A stretch of DNA of 64,000 nt from a virus (lineage: Duplodnaviria > Caudoviricetes). Below the pieces are notes generated by a model. That model was not told the origin of the DNA and made no database searches. It was given only the letters and a program-made list of their open reading frames with translations. The stretch spans positions 128,001-192,000 of the IMG/VR virus record IMGVR_UViG_3300002895_000002; one strand, 5' to 3'. Shown here piece after piece: positions 35,965 to 47,243 of this stretch (the stretch's first letter is position 1; each line of letters starts with the position of its first letter). Position numbers and translations under genes: made by a program.

Positions 35965-36695
35965 TCTTTGATGCAATAAAAAATCAAAAATGCCTGGTCA
36001 CTGTATCTGGAGCCCAATCGGATACAGTGGCTTCTCTTATTGATCCATCATGGACCGAACGTCCGGTAGTTGACCTCATTCTTAATGACGGTGGGTGGAT
36101 CACATTCAACTTCATCAATCCTGTTGACTTTCAGAATGCGACGATTCAATATACTGGAGCACCCAATCAGATCATTCTGCAAGGGTCTTTTGATGGGTTT
36201 GCGTGGTACGAGTTAGGTATCCGTCAGGGTCAGTGGTACACTTTTGATGATGACAACGGACCTATTCATGATGGAAATACTGCCTATCCTATGTTCCGTC
36301 TTTCTGTTGACACCCCAGCAGCGGTAAGAATCACCGAGCTGACCTTGAATGGGAACCACGAGCTATCTGATGTTGTTGAACGATTCGTTACTCCTTCAAC
36401 AGCGACGTTGTGGCCCCAGAAATATTTTGAGACCTACCCATTCTTTCCGTCAACTCTGAAGACCTTCGTTAAGATGCTCGAAGGGGATGTCTCACAACTG
36501 ACATGGCCTTATGGGACACCAAGTATCCAGAGCAATACATTCGTTTGTGATGGACTTACAGGCCCGGGTATATCATACACTTGGGAATCTGCTTCTCAAG
36601 TATACTCATCAAACGACCCAACTTCCCTGATTCCAGACCCAATCAGATGCGTGGTCCGTGATAAAGCAGGTCGAATCTTCGAGGCTGTTGTCTAG
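35961..36695 (+). CDS. Putative baseplate structural protein
   Basis: Beta-rich 244 aa between the gp6-like and gp7-like genes. Confidence 0.55.
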   Translation: MIFDAIKNQKCLVTVSGAQSDTVASLIDPSWTERPVVDLILNDGGWITFNFINPVDFQNATIQYTGAPNQIILQGSFDGFAWYELGIRQGQWYTFDDDNGPIHDGNTAYPMFRLSVDTPAAVRITELTLNGNHELSDVVERFVTPSTATLWPQKYFETYPFFPSTLKTFVKMLEGDVSQLTWPYGTPSIQSNTFVCDGLTGPGISYTWESASQVYSSNDPTSLIPDPIRCVVRDKAGRIFEAVV

Positions 36696-36709
36696 GGATA
36701 AATATCGAC

Positions 36710-39700
36710 ATGAGCGACGAAAAGATACCAGCATTCCGTGAATTTTGCAACGATATCTACAGCAAGATTATCGAGTCGTCTGACCTTCTGGATGCGGACG
36801 AGATCTTTCTAAATGGTGATCGATTCAACTATTCGATCCGGCCAACAGATTACGATCCTGCAACAAACACTTATGCAACCAGAACGTATGTCCCACAAGA
36901 CGATCCGTATGCTGTTCATCGGTATGTGATTGACTTTGACATATCATCCATTCTTCAGGAAGAATTAATCAAACAATTCCTGCCTGAATATACAGAATAT
37001 TTCTACGACATTAACCGGTATAGCACAGTCACCGCAACAGAGCTCAACCAGCTCAAAGACTTGCTTGTCAAGCGTTCATCCTTTACCAATCAGTTCAAAG
37101 GGACCAAGACGGCCATTGAGTTTGTCCTGTCCATCTTTGCGAACGCGATGGGTAATTATCTCATCTCAGCTGACCCAGATCCTTACCACAACTTCATCTA
37201 CCGGGTCAGTACAGATCTAGATCGTAGCCTTTGGTTGAAGGATGTCAAGCCAGTCATTCATCCAAACGGATGGGGTGACAAGTATATCCTCATCGTCCCT
37301 GACCATCCTGATTATGTTCAGCTTAGAGGTGAGGCAGAGATTGCAGCAGACATTACATCAAAGCCGCCTTGCTATGCATATCTCGATGCTGCTACTGATT
37401 GGAAACGTCTCATCCAGCCTGACGGTCTGGCGAAGGTTGATGACTACCACACCCACTACCGCTTCCCGTTCACGATCGGTTGGTATCATGAGACTCTGAA
37501 TTACATCGACAGCGTTCGGGTCGAGCTTATGCGGCCTGGCTCGTTCAACGTTGAGATCGACCGGACAGGTCTTGGAACAACATTCAACCTTGAATACCAG
37601 AATGGTGGTGTTGCTCTCGAGTATATCTGGGACGTCTACAGCCATGGAGTCCTGGTAAAAACTGATCACACCTTTGGCCCAAGCTGGTCGTTCTCTGTTA
37701 GTGATGATACACCATACTCAGTTGAGCTGACCCTGGTCCGTGGATCATGGAGAATGACAGTCGGTCCGGTGATCCTTGGAGCTCTCGGCAAATCTGGAAT
37801 GAGCACACCCAGACCAGCTGCGGATTCCTTTGCAACCCTGCAAGTAGAGGAGACCAGAAACACCCCGTTCGAGATGGTGAGCGTTGATAATGGTGATGAT
37901 CACCACCGGCTCCCGTTCAAGGATGCGATGTATGAAGGAACAGTGAGCTCAGATTGGATGAACGAGCTTATGAACGTTTATTACGATCTGGACTTGGCTG
38001 AAGAAACTACTTGGAAAATCAACCGAGTTTATTTTGAAGGGCCGGAGTTGGCTGATCGGTATGAGTGGACTGTGAGTAAAAATAACAGTTTGCTGATGGT
38101 AAAAGATACTACCGGACCAGAACTCATAATCAATACGCTTGAAAATGAAACTAATCCTGCTTGGACTGGATATACTAGCGGATGGGAAGTTCATCTTACT
38201 ATCTGGTATGGCAATCAATCCAAGCATGTTGGATTTGTGACATTCGGAATCCTGCCGGATATTGTTCCCCCGGCGTCCTTCATTTTCAGCGGTAAACCAA
38301 CAGCCCTCACCAACAGCACCACCGCAACGTTCACTCCTGGAGAAAACGATGACACCTTCGAGTACAAGTGGAAACTGGATAATGGAGTGTGGTCTGCTCC
38401 GATAGAGCGAGTTGGTGGTGTTTTCCCGGTGCTTACTTTTGCTGGGTTAAGTGAGGGATCACATACACTCTACTATCAGGCATCAGATGAGGCTGGTAAC
38501 TGGAGCGAAACCTGGTCATACACTTGGACAATAGACATCACCGCTCCTGTGGTTACACTAGTCACTGACTTTGGTGATTATGCCAACCACACCACCGCAA
38601 CGATAGATGTGAACGGTGCAGTGGATGCGGTAGATTATGACTACCGTGTGGATGGTGGAGCATGGTCGGCACGTAGATCGTTCGCTCTTGACATCGTCAT
38701 CAACAGCATCACGGAAGGCTCTCATACGGTCGATGTCAGGGGCTACGATGCTGCGGGTAACACCGCTACGGTATCGAAAACATGGACCGTTGACAGAACC
38801 GCTCCGGTCGTTGACGTGACATCTGGATTCCCTGCGGTTTCGCCGACCAACCAACAGGACTACACTTTCACTGTTGGTGGCGGTGGAGCTACTCAGTATC
38901 AATACAAGTTCGACTCTGACCCGTGGTCTGGATGGATTGATGTTGCTACGCCGATCGTTCTTACCAACCTCTACGATGGTACCCATACACTTCTGTTGAA
39001 GGGCAAGGATGCTGCAGGGAACGAACAGGGTACTGCTACTACCAGAACATGGGTGATGGAATCAAGCCGGTTGGAATCGGACAGAGTAATTACTAACACG
39101 TCTAACAATTCTGAGATGCTAATATCGGGTGACTTTTTCGTTCAAGCACTGCAAAATGGCGCCGGAATAATGTTCACTGATAAAAACGATGTAACCGCTC
39201 CAGTCCAATATAAAGGACTTACTCCATCTCTTTACTTCAACATGACCAACGGTTATCGTTATGATGCGGATGGTAATCATCTTTATGTTCTTGGATATGG
39301 GCAAAACTATTTTGCAACGATAAAAGAACTGCATCTGCATAAGTTGGATGGAAGCAACCTGAACACTGTTCTTTCTACTCTTACGTTACCATACCCAGCG
39401 ACCGGGACGGGCTTAGCAGTGTCATCATTGAACGCAGTGTTCATAAATGGAAACTTCATTTACGTGTTCGCTACGTCGGATACGGTTTATAAGATAAACA
39501 AGACAACGTTCACTATAGATTCAACTATTACTTTAGCTTCCCCGATAAATCAAACACATCTCTATGCATGTAATGTTGGAAACATAATGTATACCGTACG
39601 TCAAGGAGCTCAACAGCAAATAAACCGTTGGGACTTGGATACTGGTGCATTTCTCGGAACTACCGGATCATATGGCCGTAACATAAGTCATATGACATAC

Positions 39701-40006
39701 GATGCTGCAAATGGAAAAATAGTAACCAACACATCAATCATAGACCCATCAACGATGGTTGGTGTTTACATTGTTCCGAATGTTCGTTATGTCGTTCTTG
39801 TTCCTACATATTATTTTGCGGTTACGTCTGAAGCTTTTACCACGCCGTTGTTTATTGAGAAACGACTTCAGACTGGACCACAAACATTAGTCCAAACCAT
39901 CACCATAAATACACAAAATGCTATAAGCTCGGGTGTATATGATCCGAGCACCAATAGGTTCTGGACTATCAACCAAACTCAGCATCTTCTGGTAATCAAT
40001 TCGTAA
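36710..40006 (+). CDS. gp7-like baseplate protein with three Ig-like repeats and a propeller-like C-terminus
   Basis: KGTKTAIEFVL motif; three repeats of Y..DxGxWS...L.EGSHT..V...DxAGN...TWT.D.TAP. Confidence 0.65.
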   Translation: MSDEKIPAFREFCNDIYSKIIESSDLLDADEIFLNGDRFNYSIRPTDYDPATNTYATRTYVPQDDPYAVHRYVIDFDISSILQEELIKQFLPEYTEYFYDINRYSTVTATELNQLKDLLVKRSSFTNQFKGTKTAIEFVLSIFANAMGNYLISADPDPYHNFIYRVSTDLDRSLWLKDVKPVIHPNGWGDKYILIVPDHPDYVQLRGEAEIAADITSKPPCYAYLDAATDWKRLIQPDGLAKVDDYHTHYRFPFTIGWYHETLNYIDSVRVELMRPGSFNVEIDRTGLGTTFNLEYQNGGVALEYIWDVYSHGVLVKTDHTFGPSWSFSVSDDTPYSVELTLVRGSWRMTVGPVILGALGKSGMSTPRPAADSFATLQVEETRNTPFEMVSVDNGDDHHRLPFKDAMYEGTVSSDWMNELMNVYYDLDLAEETTWKINRVYFEGPELADRYEWTVSKNNSLLMVKDTTGPELIINTLENETNPAWTGYTSGWEVHLTIWYGNQSKHVGFVTFGILPDIVPPASFIFSGKPTALTNSTTATFTPGENDDTFEYKWKLDNGVWSAPIERVGGVFPVLTFAGLSEGSHTLYYQASDEAGNWSETWSYTWTIDITAPVVTLVTDFGDYANHTTATIDVNGAVDAVDYDYRVDGGAWSARRSFALDIVINSITEGSHTVDVRGYDAAGNTATVSKTWTVDRTAPVVDVTSGFPAVSPTNQQDYTFTVGGGGATQYQYKFDSDPWSGWIDVATPIVLTNLYDGTHTLLLKGKDAAGNEQGTATTRTWVMESSRLESDRVITNTSNNSEMLISGDFFVQALQNGAGIMFTDKNDVTAPVQYKGLTPSLYFNMTNGYRYDADGNHLYVLGYGQNYFATIKELHLHKLDGSNLNTVLSTLTLPYPATGTGLAVSSLNAVFINGNFIYVFATSDTVYKINKTTFTIDSTITLASPINQTHLYACNVGNIMYTVRQGAQQQINRWDLDTGAFLGTTGSYGRNISHMTYDAANGKIVTNTSIIDPSTMVGVYIVPNVRYVVLVPTYYFAVTSEAFTTPLFIEKRLQTGPQTLVQTITINTQNAISSGVYDPSTNRFWTINQTQHLLVINS

Positions 40007-40018
40007 CGGAGCAATCAC

Positions 40019-41668
40019 ATGCCTTACACTTTTCTTTCTGGCGCAACTATTGATGCCAACCTGTTCTTTGAGATTATGTCGTCCGGCGACTGTTATCTCG
40101 GGTTTGCAAGATCGGCTCCTGTCTGGGGCAACTCTGCTCTTGTTCGGGTTCAACACAACCCGGCAAAAACATGGCCAACACAGATCATGGGCCAAGCAGA
40201 CCCAGGTCCGGGTGGAGCTGCTCTGTTCTTTGATAAGAACGGGTATGCCGGTGTGACTAACGATCAGCGAGCGGTGTTTCTGTATAAAACTCCAGTAGCA
40301 AATGCCGACTTTGATTTGACTGGCGGGTCTTATGTTCAAGACAACCAAGCCGGGGGAATTTATGTTGGTCAGATGGTGATTGACTATATGAGTCGAAATT
40401 GGGCTCGAATCCAAGGAATGCATCCGAGGATCACGGAAAACTTCGACACTGACAATTACAAATATTATCTTGCGTCTGTGACTGTTCCTGGCGTCGGATT
40501 GATTGTTGCAAAAATTCTTCCTCGGTCGGTTGTTGAAGTTGCTTCATATAGCCAGAAGTGCATCCTTACATACCATGATGGTGTGTCATACCAGAACATG
40601 GATGATCTGTATCCGTTCTCTGTCAACGGTCTTACTCTTACCCGAAATGTTTTGGGTGAGCAGGTTGTGACTGGGTTTAACAGCAATGTAGCATTTCCGT
40701 CAAACCTACTCACATCAACGTTCTATATCCGAAACGAGTCAAACACCGCTACGTTGATTGGCCCAATGACGCTAATTCCGGGTCAAACGGAAACTGCTAT
40801 CGAGAACGGCATTGAGACCTATCTCAAGTTTGAATATGAAGAATCTAATGGAGCCCAGGTTTACCTGAAGGTCACTGACGGTGCATCTGATCTTTCCCAG
40901 CTGGCTGTCTACCACGAGTCACATTTCCGGGAAACATCAGTTCCGGTTGCTGATAACAACCCGCCGGCTCTGGATATCACATATCTCAAGAGCCCGTCGA
41001 TCGACCTCAGCATCAGCAACGTGGTTGGAATGAACAACATTGTTGCATCTGATGTTTGGTTTGTGAAAGAGATTGAAGAAGCAGATGTACCGACATACCA
41101 GGCAATGGTTGATGTGTCTGTCGAGACCTTCGCATACCTTACTGGTGATGAGAAGGTGGCAGTGCTTCGTGTCGCTGCTCTCGCAACTGATACTGTCCTT
41201 CAAGTGGAAGATGGATTTACGATCGGTGTGGGTGATGTGATCTGGTTCGACGGTGGTCCAGTCAACGTTCAGAGCGTTGATACTACTCTTGGTGCTGGGA
41301 CGATCACGCTGGATGCACCCACCAACGAGGCACTTTCGATCGATACAGTGATCCGAGCGTCCTCTGCTTCTGGATGGACCCTGAGCTACTACGCTAAGAC
41401 CCAAGACATCGACAAGGCTCGGGAAGTGGGGATGAATCTTGTCATGCTTGACAAAAACGTGTCTTGTGCTGTTCCGACATACCAAGGTATATATCGTCAA
41501 CTCTTTGTGTCGTACAAGCCTGGTGCTACCTTCACCCCAACTAGCACCACTTGGGATCAAACTAAATACAAGTACGACATCGGAACCCTTCTGTATCTCT
41601 CTAACAAACTACCAGTATATCGTAGGTATGTTGCAGACGGGGTTGAGAACTTCAAACTCATCATCTAA
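40019..41668 (+). CDS. gp8-like baseplate wedge protein
   Basis: YLGFARSAPVW N-terminus; YRQL..GTLLYLSN..YR..E.FKLII C-terminus. Confidence 0.6.
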   Translation: MPYTFLSGATIDANLFFEIMSSGDCYLGFARSAPVWGNSALVRVQHNPAKTWPTQIMGQADPGPGGAALFFDKNGYAGVTNDQRAVFLYKTPVANADFDLTGGSYVQDNQAGGIYVGQMVIDYMSRNWARIQGMHPRITENFDTDNYKYYLASVTVPGVGLIVAKILPRSVVEVASYSQKCILTYHDGVSYQNMDDLYPFSVNGLTLTRNVLGEQVVTGFNSNVAFPSNLLTSTFYIRNESNTATLIGPMTLIPGQTETAIENGIETYLKFEYEESNGAQVYLKVTDGASDLSQLAVYHESHFRETSVPVADNNPPALDITYLKSPSIDLSISNVVGMNNIVASDVWFVKEIEEADVPTYQAMVDVSVETFAYLTGDEKVAVLRVAALATDTVLQVEDGFTIGVGDVIWFDGGPVNVQSVDTTLGAGTITLDAPTNEALSIDTVIRASSASGWTLSYYAKTQDIDKAREVGMNLVMLDKNVSCAVPTYQGIYRQLFVSYKPGATFTPTSTTWDQTKYKYDIGTLLYLSNKLPVYRRYVADGVENFKLII

Positions 41669-41677
41669 GGGTAGGAC

Positions 41678-43663
41678 ATGGCATACACAAACAATCTCTT
41701 CAAGATTCCGGAGAACGCCTCGGTCTTCGCTGTAAAGCAGGCTTTCAACCATCTGCTCGGAATGATGGCTCAGGTGGAACCGGCCAATGTCATCATCAAC
41801 GGCAAGCTTCAGCACGTGGTTCGTGATGGGTTGCTGACCAAGGCCGATGGGTGGGACGGTGATGCCATTGCTCCGGGTATCATGTCTAACCACTTCTCCC
41901 AGTCCATCTCGGCTAGGCTGAAGCCAGGCACCCGCTACGTCCTCGCTGCATCCTACTTCAGTGATGCCGATTCGACTTTCGGTGTACCCCAGGTTACTGC
42001 TGGATTGGTGGATGCTCTCGCGGTTGTCGGAACACCCGTAGCAACTCCTGCAGGACAGCAAGCTGATGTGGTGGTAGAGTTTGTCACTTCTCTGTCATTT
42101 GACCCAAACATCCATGACGTGAAGGTGGAGTTCGGCGGCACACTTCCGGCTCAGACAACCATCACTGACATCAACTGCGTGGAAGCCGGGTTGCTCATTG
42201 GTAGTATTGACAAAGAGATGCTCAATGTCGACACACGGTACAACCTGACATCCGGTGAGTGGGAGCTGACGAACGACGGTGGTACCACGTGGTCATCCAT
42301 CATCAATCGATCAAATCTGGCTCAGCACATAGTAGATACAATCATCGACCCTGCCGTCGACTATTCCAACGTTGGTGGGGCATTACAAGCTTCACATAAA
42401 CCGATCGTCCTTGATATGGTCGGCGATGTTCGTGTTCATGGTGGTGGTGATCTCATTCTCCCCATCAATGGAGGCCCAGCGTTTGCAGTTGAATTGGATG
42501 TCCGCCGTGTGCATGGTGATCTCCAGGTAGACGGTAACTTCACTGTCCTCGGAACGAACACCACGATCAACTCCGAGACCATCACAACTACCGACCCGTT
42601 CATCAGAGTCAATGCTGACGATGCCCTTGCTCTTCAGAACTATGCGGGTGTCGAGGTAGCTCCGAGAGCAGGATATGCAACCGCTCCGCAGATCCGCTGG
42701 AACTATGGCACCCAGCAATGGGAAATGTCTGACGAGAATGGTAATAGCGGCGTTGTGCTGATGGGTGGCGGAAGTGTTACTGCATCAGACATCATCGGAG
42801 CATTCTCTGGCAAGAAAGGCATCACCGTCACCAACAATGCCGGTGATATCGACCTGGAGCTGAAGGTAAACTCTAGCGGCACTGTCACCGCAGCATATGA
42901 TGCCCTGAATAACTGGTACACCTTCGCGATTGCTAACAGTGGCGTAACTCCTGCTACCTACCAAGGGCTGACGATCGGATTGGACGGCCGGGTTACTGCT
43001 GCTACCAACAACCTCACCGTATCGTTCCTCATCCCTGACTATGACGAGTTCGGCCCTCTTACTGATAACGGTCTTCAGGTTGTCAACAAGAACTATGTGG
43101 ATGCAGTTGCTGGTGCCGGTGTTGCATCTCCATCCGACTTGTTTGATGTGAACAACAACTTCGACATATCCGGTGCCGGTCTTTATTGGGGTGGAACTGG
43201 CGATTACGGTAAGATCAAGTTTGATACTTCCGGTGTTCATGGTAAGATGGTCTTTGAGACCGGTAACCATGCTCTGGAATCATTTGACTTCGTTCAGTAC
43301 GACTCTGTTACCAGTACATACACTACGGTAGCCACTATCGGTTCGACTGGCATCACGTCCATTGGCTTCAACGTAGCATCATCGAGAACACTCAAGACGA
43401 ACATCGAGAAGATCAGTGGTGCACTCGAGCTCGTGGATAAACTCGAGGGTGTCCGGTATAACTGGAAGAGCAACCCTGACAGCAAAACCCAGATCGGTAT
43501 GATCGCTGAGGATGTGGAAGAGGTTCTCCCAGAGTTGGTAACGGACGGCTCGGTGCTTGCTCCAAAAGCCGTCAACTATGCCCAGATGGTTGCTGTTCTG
43601 GTCGAAGCAGTCAAGGAACTAAAAGCTGAAGTGAAGGAACTGAAGGAGAAACTCAATGCCTGA
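41678..43663 (+). CDS. Tail fibre/spike with a C-terminal intramolecular chaperone (peptidase S74-like)
   Basis: SSRTLKTNI..LEGVRYNW..IGMIAEDVEEVLPELV..VNYAQMVAVLVEAVKEL. Confidence 0.88.
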   Translation: MAYTNNLFKIPENASVFAVKQAFNHLLGMMAQVEPANVIINGKLQHVVRDGLLTKADGWDGDAIAPGIMSNHFSQSISARLKPGTRYVLAASYFSDADSTFGVPQVTAGLVDALAVVGTPVATPAGQQADVVVEFVTSLSFDPNIHDVKVEFGGTLPAQTTITDINCVEAGLLIGSIDKEMLNVDTRYNLTSGEWELTNDGGTTWSSIINRSNLAQHIVDTIIDPAVDYSNVGGALQASHKPIVLDMVGDVRVHGGGDLILPINGGPAFAVELDVRRVHGDLQVDGNFTVLGTNTTINSETITTTDPFIRVNADDALALQNYAGVEVAPRAGYATAPQIRWNYGTQQWEMSDENGNSGVVLMGGGSVTASDIIGAFSGKKGITVTNNAGDIDLELKVNSSGTVTAAYDALNNWYTFAIANSGVTPATYQGLTIGLDGRVTAATNNLTVSFLIPDYDEFGPLTDNGLQVVNKNYVDAVAGAGVASPSDLFDVNNNFDISGAGLYWGGTGDYGKIKFDTSGVHGKMVFETGNHALESFDFVQYDSVTSTYTTVATIGSTGITSIGFNVASSRTLKTNIEKISGALELVDKLEGVRYNWKSNPDSKTQIGMIAEDVEEVLPELVTDGSVLAPKAVNYAQMVAVLVEAVKELKAEVKELKEKLNA

Positions 43664-44264
43664 GTATGATATCCATGCGGAATACCTGATAGGACCAAAC
43701 CTTATCGCTGCTGTGCATCGGATGGACAGCGAAGGTGTTTATCAGAGCACTGACTTTGTTCGACGCGACGATAACGGTATGCTCTTTGTGAACTACCGGT
43801 GCACCACGGTTACTCTGCCGTTTTTCGATGAAGCCACTGAGCAAGCCAGGTTTGAACACGGCCTGGGCTGGGTGATCGAACCTAAGGGTGTCGAGGTAGC
43901 AGAACCACCGGTTACTCTCAGTGCTGCTAAGAAAAAGAAGCTGGCCGACCTGGCTGCATATCGCTACCAAAGAGAGACTGGTGGTCTTTCAGTCAAGGGA
44001 ATGTCAATCCTGACTGACAGGGAATCCCAGGCACAACTCACCAGTGCCTATGTCAGCCTCAAGTTCGGTCTCAAGTCTTCCATAGACTGGAAGGGAACGA
44101 ACGGTTGGACTTCCCTGACACTTGCAGAGATCGAGCCTATCGCCCAGTTAGTTCTGCATCATGTTCAGAACAGTTTCACCATGGAGAAGATACATTCAGA
44201 GGCGATAAATAACTTGACTACCGTCGAGGAAGTCAATGCTTACGATATCACCGTTGGTTTCTAA
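43656..44264 (+). CDS. Tail fibre assembly chaperone (DUF4376-like)
   Basis: LAAYRYQRETGG..TDRESQ..IDWK..NGW..HVQNSF. Confidence 0.8.
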   Translation: MPEYDIHAEYLIGPNLIAAVHRMDSEGVYQSTDFVRRDDNGMLFVNYRCTTVTLPFFDEATEQARFEHGLGWVIEPKGVEVAEPPVTLSAAKKKKLADLAAYRYQRETGGLSVKGMSILTDRESQAQLTSAYVSLKFGLKSSIDWKGTNGWTSLTLAEIEPIAQLVLHHVQNSFTMEKIHSEAINNLTTVEEVNAYDITVGF

Positions 44265-44276
44265 TAAGAGGACACG

Positions 44277-46334
44277 ATGAACGAGTATTTCAAGACACAA
44301 CCTGAGTCTTCTCTCAATCACCTCAAAGATCTACACAATGACACTGTTGATGCTGTTGGTGGTGAGACCTTCCGTAACCTCATCGTGAACCCGCGATTCA
44401 ACATCGAGTTCGATGGGTCATACGCAGGGTGGGTAGAACTTCCGGGTTCCATGACTCAATATCTACCTGATTGTCTCGAGCCGAATACTACATACACTCT
44501 GATAGCAGATGTTGAGTTTATGAATGACGTTCCAACAGATGACACTATCTCTATCACAGTAGACGGTAGAGTTCTGGTCATTCCGGACAATAACTCCCGG
44601 GCTAAAGGTGCTCTGATCTTTACCACGAATACCGTCATTGGTGACTACTCGGTAGTACTCAACAAGAACATTAGGAACGGTCGTCATACGATACATCAGC
44701 TCACATTAGTCAAGGGTGAGCTCGAGATCGGCCCTGAGCCGAAAGAAGTAGAGCTCAGTCATCTCCTGTCCCGGATGATCCGCCATGACGGTTCAACCTG
44801 GACTATCAGTCACGACGGTGTATCGTTCAGCAAGCTGATGAGCCAAGACTCCGTGGAGGGTACCAACGGTATAGTGGTGAGTACGGTCGGTGAGAAGGTG
44901 AGAATCTCCCAGCAGAATGTGGTGATTACCGGTGATGCATCCGGTACATCCGTGGCTGGGGCGACTGACACCACGATCAACCTCGTCATCAGCACCATTG
45001 CCGGTTCTTTGAACATTGGACAGAACCTCCGGGTTCAGGGTGATCTCCAGGTTGACGGCACTGTGTACTCCATGAACACCCTTGAGGTTGACAACCCGCT
45101 TCTCATCATCAACAAGGACGGCACTGACCTTACCGGTATCCCTGCAGGCATCTCCGTGAACCGTGGCGGCACTCTTACAAATGCTCTTCTGATATGGGAT
45201 GAAGCATCCACTACTTGGAAAGTCAGCGACGATGTTGGTAACCTCCACACCATCCTGACGGACTTCGACATCTGGAATGAACTGGCAGACATGTTCGGTG
45301 CAGGAGTTGCCGGTGCACATCAGGGCCTGACGGTAACTTACGACTCCACCACGAAAAACATTGCCTTCAGGGTCAACACCTTCACCGTAAATCTGCAGGG
45401 TGATGTCAACGGCACATCCGGTCTGGTTCAGCTGGAGAACGACGGACAGACCATCACCATTGTCACCACGATGAGCCCAGTAGCCAACGTGGACAAAGTG
45501 GACGGCCGTGATGTTGATCCGACAGGAACGGTCGAAACCACCAACGTGCTCTGGCCTGCTGATGTTATCAAGGCGAAGATCGAAGCTGCTCTTGCCACCG
45601 TTCTCAATCCGATATCCAACTATTCTCGGATGTATGAGGAGAAAGTGGTTACTGGCATCTCTGTTCCTACAGCAGGGTTGACCTTTACTCTCACTAACCC
45701 AAATGTTTACACTGTTGGTACCAACACACTCGAAGTTTATCGAAACGGTCAGAGACTTCCAAATGCTGACTATATTGAGGTAAACACTACACAGATCCAG
45801 ATCCTTGTGCCGCTCAATCCGGGTGAAACTCTGATCTTCACTGAGGGTAGGACAAACGGTTCCGCTTTGTGGGACTCAATCATCGGCAAGCCAACGTTCG
45901 CTATGGATGTGCCAACTGGTACGGTGGTTCCGTATGCCGGGTCTGTTGCTCCGGGTGGTTGGTCAGAATGTGATGGCGGGGAACTCGATAGAACATTAGA
46001 TGCCAATTTGTTTGGTGTTATCGGTACAACTTTCGGTATAGGAAACGGAACCACCACATATAACAAACCGGATCTTCGCGGTGAATTCATTCGTGGGTGG
46101 GACCATGGACGGGGTGTTGACCTAAGCCGTCTTCAAAACAGTTGGCAAACAGATATGATTAAGGCACATAGTCACACATTTCACAGAACTATGCATAGAG
46201 CATCTATACATGATGTAATTACATATGATGTCGGCGGCGGTGAAGGTGTTATAAATGATGGAATTACTGATGTGTTTGGTGGTGTTGAGACCCGTCCACG
46301 CAACATTGCTATGATGTACATCATCAAACTCTAA
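44277..46334 (+). CDS. Tail fibre with phage tail collar domain
   Basis: PTGTVVPYAG..PGGWSECDG..LFGVIGTTFG.GNGTTT..PDLRGEFIRG; ETRPRNIAMMYIIK end. Confidence 0.88.
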   Translation: MNEYFKTQPESSLNHLKDLHNDTVDAVGGETFRNLIVNPRFNIEFDGSYAGWVELPGSMTQYLPDCLEPNTTYTLIADVEFMNDVPTDDTISITVDGRVLVIPDNNSRAKGALIFTTNTVIGDYSVVLNKNIRNGRHTIHQLTLVKGELEIGPEPKEVELSHLLSRMIRHDGSTWTISHDGVSFSKLMSQDSVEGTNGIVVSTVGEKVRISQQNVVITGDASGTSVAGATDTTINLVISTIAGSLNIGQNLRVQGDLQVDGTVYSMNTLEVDNPLLIINKDGTDLTGIPAGISVNRGGTLTNALLIWDEASTTWKVSDDVGNLHTILTDFDIWNELADMFGAGVAGAHQGLTVTYDSTTKNIAFRVNTFTVNLQGDVNGTSGLVQLENDGQTITIVTTMSPVANVDKVDGRDVDPTGTVETTNVLWPADVIKAKIEAALATVLNPISNYSRMYEEKVVTGISVPTAGLTFTLTNPNVYTVGTNTLEVYRNGQRLPNADYIEVNTTQIQILVPLNPGETLIFTEGRTNGSALWDSIIGKPTFAMDVPTGTVVPYAGSVAPGGWSECDGGELDRTLDANLFGVIGTTFGIGNGTTTYNKPDLRGEFIRGWDHGRGVDLSRLQNSWQTDMIKAHSHTFHRTMHRASIHDVITYDVGGGEGVINDGITDVFGGVETRPRNIAMMYIIKL

Positions 46335-46355
46335 CAATGACATACGGAGAATCAC

Positions 46356-47243
46356 ATGTCTAATCCGGCAAGCCCAATAAGACCAGATCAGTTGCTTCTT
46401 GATTCTGAACATCGGTTGGTTACTGATGCACAAATAACACAATGGAATGCTGGCGGTGGCGGCACTATTTTGGAACCTATTTTGCCAATTTCACTTTATT
46501 CTGGTGGCAATTTTGGTGGTAGTGATCCATATACTACTACACCGTTTACACTTTCATACCCGCCGATAATCCCATCATATGCAACAAGTGTGATTTTGGG
46601 CGTTGGACTTAAGACTAGTTCAAGTTCATCTGCTAACATGTATATTTCCAAAGCACCATCATTACCATCTAGGCTTGCTACAGTTTCATACAGTCCAAAC
46701 AACTCTGATGATGCATGTGGAAATTACAATGAAATAGAAATACCATATCATAGTGACAGAAATTTTTTAATCTCGCTTAGCCATTCTGGAAACGCTCCGT
46801 CGGGGTGGATAATTCAAGTTCTTGGTTATCGTCGTTCAACTGTTATCGATGCTCTTGCTCTTTCAAACACCAATCCGTTGGCCGATGGAACTGCATCGCC
46901 GGGCTCTTCTCTGTATGTTTCACGAGCCGATCACGTACACCCAGACAAATCATCTTCAAATGAACACGTTCGTTTGGGTGGTAACTTGATAATGCAGTGG
47001 GGTTCATTGACGAACATTCTTCTTGAACAATCTACCTGGTATTCTGTCACATTCCCATACCCATTGGATGCTGCACCATATAACATCGATACACAGCTGG
47101 TTTTTAATAGTTTAATGAACGGAACTATTTCTCTCAAAGTTCGTAATATTACCAATCTTGGTTTTGAGATAGGCGGTGAAAATTCCGAATATTCGTATTA
47201 TGGTGACATTATGTGGAAGGCTATCGGACCGAAAGCCGTGTAA
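46356..47243 (+). CDS. Tail-fibre-associated protein
   Basis: SRADHVHP and GNLIMQWG..VTFPYP..WKAIG fibre C-terminal motifs; AT-rich. Confidence 0.7.
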   Translation: MSNPASPIRPDQLLLDSEHRLVTDAQITQWNAGGGGTILEPILPISLYSGGNFGGSDPYTTTPFTLSYPPIIPSYATSVILGVGLKTSSSSSANMYISKAPSLPSRLATVSYSPNNSDDACGNYNEIEIPYHSDRNFLISLSHSGNAPSGWIIQVLGYRRSTVIDALALSNTNPLADGTASPGSSLYVSRADHVHPDKSSSNEHVRLGGNLIMQWGSLTNILLEQSTWYSVTFPYPLDAAPYNIDTQLVFNSLMNGTISLKVRNITNLGFEIGGENSEYSYYGDIMWKAIGPKAV

